Source of the DNA: Deltaproteobacteria bacterium
Lineage (GTDB): Bacteria > Desulfobacterota > Binatia > UBA9968
Length of the DNA stretch: 64,000 bases
Direction: 5' to 3'
Assembly (NCBI GenBank): GCA_016210115.1
Contig: JACQUW010000326.1
Coordinates: forward strand, 131-64,130
Shown: positions 6,936-14,199 of the stretch, piece after piece
Layout of the letters: each line of letters starts with the position of its first letter
Numbering within the stretch: position 1 is the stretch's first letter
The notes under the pieces: generated by a model
Databases searched by the model: none
The model's input: only the letters and a program-made list of their open reading frames with translations
What the model was told of the DNA's origin: nothing
Made by a program: the position numbers and the translations under genes

Positions 6936-9605
6936 ATGGCTGACTTAACCGACACCATCAAGGCCATCCCGCTATTTTCCGAACTGCCCCGCAGTGACGT
7001 CGCCAAGATTCTTGGAAAGCTGGAGGAGATCACCTTCACGGCCGGCACCAGGATTTTCTCCCAAGGCGATCCCGGCGACGCCTTCTATCTCATCCAGTCC
7101 GGTAGCGTCAGCGTCGTCCTGGAGGGTGGGGATGGCAGATCCGAAACTATCGCAGTCCTCGGCCCGCATCACTGGTTTGGCGAAATGGCGCTCCTGTCGG
7201 GCGAGCCTCGATCAGCGACGATCAGGGCCATCAAAGACACCACCGCCTGGAGGCTCAACCGCGACAACTGGGATGAACTTATCGAAGGCCATCCGGGCTG
7301 GCTATTTAAGTTTTGCGCTACGCTCAGCAAGAGGCTAACCCGCATAGAGCACCAATATTCGAAGGGAAGGGAAGCCTTTAACCTCCTGGCGGAGGAATAT
7401 TACTCTTCGCGACCCGCCGAGGAGCAGGCGTTTTTGCGCCGCGCCTCGTTGGTTCAAACGCTGGACGTCCGAGTCGTCAGCTTCCTCTTAAAGACTGACA
7501 AAGGCCAGGAATTCTTGAAGGCGCTCCAAAGCAGCCAACTGCCGATGGTGCGCACCCTGAACGACAGCCGATGCGAGCTCCAGCCTCTTTTCAAAGAATT
7601 CCTGATGGAAAAACTGGTCGTCTTGGAGGGGCCTTTTGCCAAAAGGCAGCTGCACGCCCAGTTGGCCACACTCTACGAATCATTGCAGACTTGGGATCAG
7701 GCTATTCAGCACTATCTGGAGGCTGAAGATTGGGGCGGCGCGTCTCATCTTCTCTTAGCGCACAGAGAGGAGCTTTTACAAAGCTCCGCCTCATTTCTGG
7801 AAAGCGCCCTGAACCGGATGCCGCCGGAGTGCATCTCCGCCGAGCTTCGCCTGGTTCACCTCAAGGCGGACCTGCAAATAAAACTCGGGAACCCCGAGGG
7901 CGCGATCCGAACGTACAAGGAAATCCTCGCTCAGAGAACTTCGGGCATCGTGGGAGCGGAATCGATAACTCGTTATCGCGACATGGCGAACGTCATGGCG
8001 CAAAAAAGGGACTATTCCCAGGCTCTCCAGTGCCTCCGCAGCGCTCTCCGCCTGACGGAGCAGGAAACCGCCAACCTCAGCTGGGAGGCGGCCAAGCCCT
8101 ACCGGGTAAACGGAGAAGCAGAGCCGCCGGTCTTCCAATCGGAAGAAAGCGCGCTGAAGCTGCAGGGACGGCAAACTTTGATCCCTCTGGTTTTCAATTG
8201 GGCGGGCAACGCCTCTCCGAGCAAGTGGTTTGGAGCGATATTGGGTCTTTTGGTTTGGGCCTACTTTTGGTTCTGGACACCGGAGATCGGTCTTGAACCC
8301 TATGCAACTAAACAGCTTGGCGTGCTCTGCCTGACATTGATCTATTGGGTCTTTTGGGTATTTCCGGATTACGGCGTGGCCCTCATTTTCGCGCTGACGC
8401 TCGTGCTCACGAAGCTGGCGCCCGTGGAGACGGTACTGGGTGGATTTGCAAGCACCACCTGGTTCATGACGCTGGGAGTTCTGGGACTGGGCGCGGCAAT
8501 CACGAGCTGCGGGCTTTTCTATCGTTTCTCGCTCCAGTTGGTGCGTTTTTTTCCTCTGACATACTATTGGCAAACGATCGCTCTCGGCATCATGGGCGTC
8601 GTGGTGATGGCCCTGATCCCGCAGCAGAGCGCCCGCACGGCCATCATCAGTCAAATGCTCCAAAATCTCTCCGAGAGTCTCAGCTATAAGACACCTTCGA
8701 AGGCATCCACAGGTCTCTTCGTTGCGAGTTTCCTGGGTCTTGGGCAGCTCGGTTTTCTCTTTCTGACGGGATCCACGACAAGCCTCATAGCCTGGGGATT
8801 GCTTCCCGCGGACGTCCGCGCGCAATTCACCTGGGGCTATTGGTTTCTCGCTGCTCTCCCTCCCACCTTAGTCGTTATCGTCTTTGTCCTCTTAGCGACA
8901 GTTTTTCTTTACCGCCCCGAGACACAGCCTCAGCTCTCCTACAAAATGGTTCAAAATCAGCTCGAGGTCCTTGGAGCGCTCTCTTCAAAGGAATGGATCA
9001 CGCTCGGCGCCCTTTTCTTCACTGTCGGCGGATGGCTGACCTTTTCCTACCACGGCATCGATGGCGCCTGGATCTCACTCATTGGATTCTGCGTTCTCAT
9101 CAACACGGGGGTCTTGGGGTGGGGGCTAGTGAAAAAAGCGATCGATTGGGAATTGCTGCTCTACATGGGCGCCACTTTGGGAATACCCGCCCTGCTGACG
9201 CGAGCGAAAATTGATGAGTGGCTTGTCGGGCTGCTCTCGCCTTTTATCCTTCCCTTTGTCGAATATCCCGCTGTTTCCTTTGTCATCATCTGCCTGATCA
9301 GCTACGCGTTTAAGCTGGTGTTCACAAGCTTTCTAACCGTTGTGACGCTCACCGTCGCCTTGCTTCCGCTCTCCATCGACATGGGGATCAGCCCCTGGAT
9401 CATGGCCATGCTCGTTCTCGTGGGATCGGAGGTCTGGTTTTTTCGGTTTCAAGTAGACTGGCACACGCTCGCTTATTCGACGACTGAAGGCAAAGGCTTC
9501 AGCTATCAGTTCATGAACTGGATCAATCCCGTTTACGCCGTGGCCTACATCCTGGCGCTCCTCGCGTCCATCCCTTATTGGAGATATTTGGGGCTGATGG
9601 GGTAA
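6936..9605 (+). CDS. Fusion protein: cyclic-nucleotide-binding domain, MalT-like helical/TPR region and multi-pass ion-transporter (DASS/ArsB-like) permease domain
   Basis: The N-terminus has a canonical cNMP-binding fold with the phosphate-binding cassette FGEMALLSGEPRSATIRA. The middle region resembles MalT/LuxR-type sensor TPRs (LATLYESLQTWDQAIQHYLEAEDWGGASHLLLAHREELL). The C-terminal roughly 460 aa are very hydrophobic with about 10-12 predicted helices and a two-half organisation reminiscent of DASS/IT-superfamily carriers. Confidence 0.85.
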   Translation: MADLTDTIKAIPLFSELPRSDVAKILGKLEEITFTAGTRIFSQGDPGDAFYLIQSGSVSVVLEGGDGRSETIAVLGPHHWFGEMALLSGEPRSATIRAIKDTTAWRLNRDNWDELIEGHPGWLFKFCATLSKRLTRIEHQYSKGREAFNLLAEEYYSSRPAEEQAFLRRASLVQTLDVRVVSFLLKTDKGQEFLKALQSSQLPMVRTLNDSRCELQPLFKEFLMEKLVVLEGPFAKRQLHAQLATLYESLQTWDQAIQHYLEAEDWGGASHLLLAHREELLQSSASFLESALNRMPPECISAELRLVHLKADLQIKLGNPEGAIRTYKEILAQRTSGIVGAESITRYRDMANVMAQKRDYSQALQCLRSALRLTEQETANLSWEAAKPYRVNGEAEPPVFQSEESALKLQGRQTLIPLVFNWAGNASPSKWFGAILGLLVWAYFWFWTPEIGLEPYATKQLGVLCLTLIYWVFWVFPDYGVALIFALTLVLTKLAPVETVLGGFASTTWFMTLGVLGLGAAITSCGLFYRFSLQLVRFFPLTYYWQTIALGIMGVVVMALIPQQSARTAIISQMLQNLSESLSYKTPSKASTGLFVASFLGLGQLGFLFLTGSTTSLIAWGLLPADVRAQFTWGYWFLAALPPTLVVIVFVLLATVFLYRPETQPQLSYKMVQNQLEVLGALSSKEWITLGALFFTVGGWLTFSYHGIDGAWISLIGFCVLINTGVLGWGLVKKAIDWELLLYMGATLGIPALLTRAKIDEWLVGLLSPFILPFVEYPAVSFVIICLISYAFKLVFTSFLTVVTLTVALLPLSIDMGISPWIMAMLVLVGSEVWFFRFQVDWHTLAYSTTEGKGFSYQFMNWINPVYAVAYILALLASIPYWRYLGLMG

Positions 9606-9638
9606 GGTTTTACCGACGATTGATCTGAAGGCATCCCA

Positions 9639-11186
9639 TCAGAGAGGGGCCTTGATGCCATACCGCTTCATCTTTTTAATGAAACCTTGCCGGCTTAAGC
9701 CCAACGCAGCCGCCGCCTGCTGCTGATTATTGCGACTCTGTTCCAGCGCCTCGAGCATCAGACGTTTTTCCAATTCAGCGACGGCCTCTTTCAACGGGCG
9801 TCTTGAGCTCGATATCGACGCGGTTGTCACGCCAAGTCTTCGGACACCCTCAGGTAAATCCGCAGGCGTAATCATTCTCCCAGCAACCGAGAGCACCAAC
9901 CGTTTCATCTCGTTCTCGAGTTCCCTCACATTCCCTGGCCAGGAATACCGCATGAGGGCGCTCATGGCTTCGTGCGTTAAATCCAGGGGTTCCCTGCCGG
10001 CTTCCCGACAGTAACTCGCGAGGAAATAGTTCGTCAAAAGCGGGATATCCTCTCTGATCTCACGAAGCGCCGGCATTTGGATGTGAATTACCTTCAAGCG
10101 ATAGTACAGATCTTCACGAAAAGCGCGCTGCTTGATCTCCGTTTCCAAATCCTTGTTAGTCGCCGATAGAACTCTGACATCCACAGGGATCGATTTCCTC
10201 CCGCCCACGTGCTCGATGATTCTCTCCTGCAAAACCCGCAGCAGCTTGGCTTGCGCTCCGAGACTAAGGTCGCCGACCTCGTCCAGAAACAATGTGCCTC
10301 CATGTGCTGCCTCGAACTTCCCCGTCCGTCTCTCGACGCCGGTTGCCACGCCCCTCTCGATGCCAAACAGCTCGCTTTCCACCAGCGCCTCCGGGAGAGC
10401 GGCGCAATTGAGAGCTACAAACGGCCCCCGGGCCCGCGGGCTCTTGTAGTGAATCGCCTTGGCCGCCAATTCCTTGCCCGTACCGCTCTCCCCGGTAATC
10501 AAGACGTTAACCGAACTGTTACTGATCTGATCGATCACTTTCAGAACCGCCTGGATTTTTTGGCTGGTGCCGATGATGTGTTCAGTAGAAAATCGCCCCT
10601 CAACCTCCTTCCAAAGGTGGCCGATTTGTTCCTGGAGCTGATCTCGATGCCGGCTCATCTCCTCCATCATCTGGGCCGTTTCGATAGCTACGGCGGCTTG
10701 CGCGGCTAGCGCTTTCAGAATCTCTTCGTCTTCATGGCTGAAAACTCCGGTCTTCTTATTTAAAACCTCAAAAGCCCCGATGATTTCCCCTTGATAGTCT
10801 CGCAGCGGGACCGCGAGAAGACTCCGCGTGCGGTAGCCGGTTCGCAGGTCGATCTCGCGATAAAAACGCGGGTCCTGGTGCGCGTCTTCCACGTTAATGG
10901 TCTCGCCCGTCGCGAGCACCGCTCCAGCAATGCCGAAGCGGGCTTCAAACCGCAGGATTCCCTCACTGCCGAGCGCTACCCTGGACGAAAGCTCGTTCTT
11001 TTCCCGATCGAGCAGAAAAAGACTCGCTCGATCCGCTTCCATCAAGTTGGTAGCCTCCTTGGCAATCAAGTCCAACAGAGCCGATAAGTCTCTTTCGGAA
11101 GACATTTTTTGGCAGATATTGAGAATAGGGAAGAGTTTTTCTGCCAAATGGCCTGGTTGGCTCGCAATTGGCTCTCTTGAATCCAT
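9639..11186 (-). CDS. Sigma-54-dependent transcriptional activator with N-terminal GAF domain (GAF, AAA+, Fis-type HTH)
   Basis: Walker A is GESGTGKE. The segment ESELFG..GGTLFLDEVGDL follows, with RVLSATN and a C-terminal HTH (NQQQAAAALGLSRQGFIKKMKRYGI). Start moved to ATG 11186, preceded by GGAGGGGG. The GAFTGA loop reads GVATGV. Confidence 0.9.
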   Translation of the reverse strand: MDSREPIASQPGHLAEKLFPILNICQKMSSERDLSALLDLIAKEATNLMEADRASLFLLDREKNELSSRVALGSEGILRFEARFGIAGAVLATGETINVEDAHQDPRFYREIDLRTGYRTRSLLAVPLRDYQGEIIGAFEVLNKKTGVFSHEDEEILKALAAQAAVAIETAQMMEEMSRHRDQLQEQIGHLWKEVEGRFSTEHIIGTSQKIQAVLKVIDQISNSSVNVLITGESGTGKELAAKAIHYKSPRARGPFVALNCAALPEALVESELFGIERGVATGVERRTGKFEAAHGGTLFLDEVGDLSLGAQAKLLRVLQERIIEHVGGRKSIPVDVRVLSATNKDLETEIKQRAFREDLYYRLKVIHIQMPALREIREDIPLLTNYFLASYCREAGREPLDLTHEAMSALMRYSWPGNVRELENEMKRLVLSVAGRMITPADLPEGVRRLGVTTASISSSRRPLKEAVAELEKRLMLEALEQSRNNQQQAAAALGLSRQGFIKKMKRYGIKAPL

Positions 11187-11273
11187 ACCCCCTCCCGTTT
11201 CTGAGCTTCCATACTCAGAGTTGGTGCCGAGGTGTTTAACAGGTAACGAGATGACCGTCAACAAAGTTCACAT

Positions 11274-11290
11274 TGTAAACTTCGTTTACA
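11274..11290. promoter_or_regulatory. Perfect palindrome TGTAAAC-TTC-GTTTACA, candidate activator binding site (UAS)
   Basis: A 7-bp inverted repeat with a 3-bp spacer lies about 170 bp upstream of the sigma-54 promoter, inside the divergent intergenic region. A second palindrome, ATTCGCGAAT, is at 11418-11427. Confidence 0.3.
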
Positions 11291-11456
11291 GATCGCGAAA
11301 CCCCTTCAGTTGCCGGGCTTTAGATCAACAGGCTCCAATTGTTTCCAATGGGAGCTGACAACGGAGATTCCACTCGCCCTTAGGCGTGTAAGTTCGTTGA
11401 ACGAAAAAACCCTCGTTATTCGCGAATACTTGTTCGTATCCTCCTTGCTATCCGAG

Positions 11457-11472
11457 TGGCATTGCGTTTGCT
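11457..11472 (+). promoter_or_regulatory. Sigma-54 (-24/-12) promoter
   Basis: TGGCATTGCGTTTGCT fits TGGCAC-N5-TTGCW, with GG and GC at the correct 10-nt spacing. It lies about 90 nt upstream of ATG 11561 and is divergent from the sigma-54 activator gene. Confidence 0.6.
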
Positions 11473-11560
11473 CAAATAACTATGGCGGCCGCGAGTTGAG
11501 AGCACCAGGAAAAAGGACCGGCAATGCGTGCATCCGTTCAAAATAAAAGGAGGTAACATT

Positions 11561-12040
11561 ATGGCTAGGCAGATTCTGGTTGCGCTAAAACCTCAACAGC
11601 GACTGGATGAGATCATGCCTTATATTGAGGAGATCGTCCGCCCAGGGGAAAAAGTTATCTTTCTTATGCGTTACCCGGTGAAGCCATGGCTTTGGCTGCA
11701 GGACCACTGGGTGACTACGGAATCGATCACGCAGGCCATGCTGGCAGGGAAAATAATGATGGAAAGATACTCCTGGGAAATGCAAAAGACGTTGGCAGAG
11801 GAAAGAATTGCTCCAGCCCGGCGCGTTTTGCGCAGCAAGGGAGTCGACGTGGCTCCGGAGATTTATACATCCAGCTTAAAGACCGTGGTAGAAACTTATA
11901 CGCGGACCGGAGAAGTCCTGCTGCTGCAGGCGGATAGCGGCCTTCCACTAATGAGGTTCCTTCGCAGTGCGACTGCTTTCTTAGGATTCTTTAGAAAGGC
12001 GAGCTTTCCGCCGGTGCTTCTGCTCCGGCCGGGTCATTGA
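11561..12040 (+). CDS. Small hypothetical protein with weak universal-stress-protein-like pattern
   Basis: A strong RBS, AAAGGAGG, sits 6 nt before ATG 11561. The alternating beta/alpha pattern (ILVALK.., KVIFLMRY.., VLLLQA.., PPVLLLRP) is USP-like, but no ATP-binding G-x2-G-x9-G(S/T) motif is present. Confidence 0.55.
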   Translation: MARQILVALKPQQRLDEIMPYIEEIVRPGEKVIFLMRYPVKPWLWLQDHWVTTESITQAMLAGKIMMERYSWEMQKTLAEERIAPARRVLRSKGVDVAPEIYTSSLKTVVETYTRTGEVLLLQADSGLPLMRFLRSATAFLGFFRKASFPPVLLLRPGH

Positions 12041-12042
12041 AA

Positions 12043-12078
12043 ATCCCTTACTGGAGATATTTCGGGCTGATGGGATGA
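12043..12078 (+). repeat. 36-nt copy of the 3' end (last 11 codons plus stop) of the permease gene 6936-9605
   Basis: ATCCCTTACTGGAGATATTTCGGGCTGATGGGATGA matches 9570-9605 ATCCCTTATTGGAGATATTTGGGGCTGATGGGGTAA at about 31 of 36 positions. It is in frame as IPYWRYFGLMG-stop, against IPYWRYLGLMG-stop. Confidence 0.65.
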
Positions 12079-12082
12079 AAGC

Positions 12083-13317
12083 TCAGGGCCTTTTTTTCAG
12101 CAGGAACTCAGCCTCGCCGTACTCTTCCAGCGCGAGCTTTTTGAGACCTGTTTTTTCATAGATCTCCCCCAGCAGAAAATGGAGCGTCGGTTCGTCAGGG
12201 TCCGCTCTGATTGTCTCCACCAGGGTCTCTCTGGCTTCGTAAAACAACCGATGCGAGATGAAGAGACTTCCCTTAAGAATGGCCGATGTGGTGCTCGTCA
12301 TGCCTTGAGCCTGGCTGAGCGAGGCGAGCTGCTGGTGAATCGGCCTGGCCTCTTCAGGTGACAACAGCGAAAACTGGCCGTCCGGGTTCCGGGGTAGAGC
12401 GACTGCAGCACCGCGGGCCTTTCCATCTTGCCGGAGACGCTGATTTGAACATCACCGCGATTCAGTTTCAGCTCCGTGACAACCGCAGTCCGGTTTCACA
12501 GGCGGAGAGCACCACGGTGTCAGCCTTCAAATGCAAAGAAAACATCTCGCGCGCGCTGAGCTGCCCGTTTTCCTCGCCTTCTCCCGCGAGAAGGAGACCG
12601 GAACCGAGGGGATCATCTTCTTTCAACTCGCCATGAACAGCAAAATGGAGAATCTCATAATTGGGGCTCATGGAGACAGCTTTGGGCTTTGTCGCCTCCT
12701 TCTGAAGATAAAGAGCGCTGTCAGGATAGGCTTCTTGAGGCGCATGCCGGGCGTTTGTCTGTTGAGAAAGGCGAGTTGGTCTTCTAGAAGCGACCGGGAT
12801 CGGGACAGGTGCTCAATAGCCTTTTGCGGCTCTCGCTGGCGCAGCAGGTCCGCGCCCAGTTCTCGAAGAAACAGGGCCTCCATGGTGTGCCAACGCCGGC
12901 GAACTGAATTTGTTTTGTGATCTCGATGCCTCGTTTGATCCATTCCCTCGCTTTGCCACGATCCCCCACAAACCTGTAGCTCAGCGTCAATTGGAGAATA
13001 GCTTGCGACTGGAGCCCGGGATGTTTTGTTTTTTCTGCCGCTTGCAGCGCTTTATCGCCATACGAAACGGCTTTCTGTAACTGGCCACTCATCCTGGCCG
13101 CGTAGGAGGCTTCGCGGTGGGCATTTGACGTCTCGACCCAGTCAGCGTTTTTTTCCGCCCGGAAGGCCCTGGCTTCCATGATTTGTAAAGCTTTCGCCGC
13201 CTCGCCCCGAGCTATGGCTTCACGAGTGGAGACGCCTGTGACGTCATCTTTGAGTTCTTCGACAGACGCTCCCGCAAACAGAAGCAGGGAAAGAACCAGG
13301 CCGGATAGGAACATCAT
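12083..13317 (-). pseudogene. Decayed TPR/CHAT-domain protein gene (multiple frame disruptions and deletions)
   Basis: The N-terminal frame (ATG 13317, AGGAGGG RBS) has a signal-like peptide plus TPR repeats. The reading frame then breaks at least three times (ORFs 12784-13374, 12668-12943, 12468-12671, 12083-12364). A CHAT signature is present (LQKEATKPKAVSMSPNYEILHFAVHG....VVLSACETG). The total length of about 410 codons is far below typical TPR-CHAT proteins. Confidence 0.6.
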
Positions 13318-13419
13318 CGTTGGGATCCCTCCTGCTCGCTTTTCGGATTGGCCTGACCAAGACGGAAAGCGCAATAAAGCGGACAGATGCCCCGCTCAGG
13401 TTAGTTTTAAAAAAGAATC

Positions 13420-14199
13420 TTATCCTGCATGTTGATAAAGTTTCTCCACCAAGGGTTGAGTCAATTCTCTAACCGGGCCGTCAAAAAAGATCCGGCCCTC
13501 TTTGAGACCGACGATCCGGTCCGCATACTCTCTGGTCAATTCCAGCGTGTGAAGGCTGACCAGGGCCGTGATTCCGTCCTCCAGGCAGATCCGCTTCAGG
13601 ATGTCCAGAATCACCCGCGACAGTTTAGGGTCGAGGCTGGAAACCGGCTCATCAGCTAGAATGATGGCCGGATCCTGCATCAGCGTCCGCGCAATCGCCA
13701 CTCTCTGCTGCTCTCCTCCGCTTAGCTCGTCGGCCCGCTTGTACGCATGATCCAAAAGCCCCACTCGCTTGAGATTGGCTAGAGCCCGGCCTTTCTCCTC
13801 ACGAGAGAAGCACTTGAGGCAGGTCCTGAAAACCGGCTGGTAACCCAGGCCGCCGGACAGGACATTTTCTATCACGGATAGACGCTTTACGATGTTGAAT
13901 TGTTGGAAAATCATGCCCACCTTGCGACGTAGATGGCGGAGTTCCCTCTGCTTCATCTTGAGGATATCCATTCTCGAACCGTTCGCCTCCAGATCGAAAA
14001 TGGCCTGCGGAATCAGGATCTCACCCGCCGTCGGCTCAACCAGGCGGTTGATGCAGCGTAGCAGCGTCGATTTTCCTGCGCCGCTCAACCCGATGATCCC
14101 GACGAATTCTCCCTGACGGACCTCGAGACTCACCCCTCGCAGGACATGGGTCGAAGCTCCGTAGGATTTATAAAGATCTTTAATTTCCAGAATCGTCAT
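13420..14199 (-). CDS. phnC: Phosphonate/phosphite ABC transporter ATP-binding protein
   Basis: Walker A is GLSGAGKST. The PhnC-typical N-terminus is LYKSYG..VLRGVSLEVRQGEFVGIIGLSGAGKSTLLRCINRLVEPTAGEI. The signature LSGGEQQRVAIAR and Walker B ILADEP are present. The start overlaps the phnD stop (ATGA). Confidence 0.9.
   Translation of the reverse strand: MTILEIKDLYKSYGASTHVLRGVSLEVRQGEFVGIIGLSGAGKSTLLRCINRLVEPTAGEILIPQAIFDLEANGSRMDILKMKQRELRHLRRKVGMIFQQFNIVKRLSVIENVLSGGLGYQPVFRTCLKCFSREEKGRALANLKRVGLLDHAYKRADELSGGEQQRVAIARTLMQDPAIILADEPVSSLDPKLSRVILDILKRICLEDGITALVSLHTLELTREYADRIVGLKEGRIFFDGPVRELTQPLVEKLYQHAG

Noticed and set aside
7791-8825. 344-aa antisense ORF inside the permease gene, and the other long ORFs overlapping it (7730-8296, 8345-8689)
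   Set aside because: It is Arg/Gly/Pro-rich with no recognisable motifs, and it lies opposite a well-supported membrane-domain CDS. This is the typical high-GC shadow ORF.
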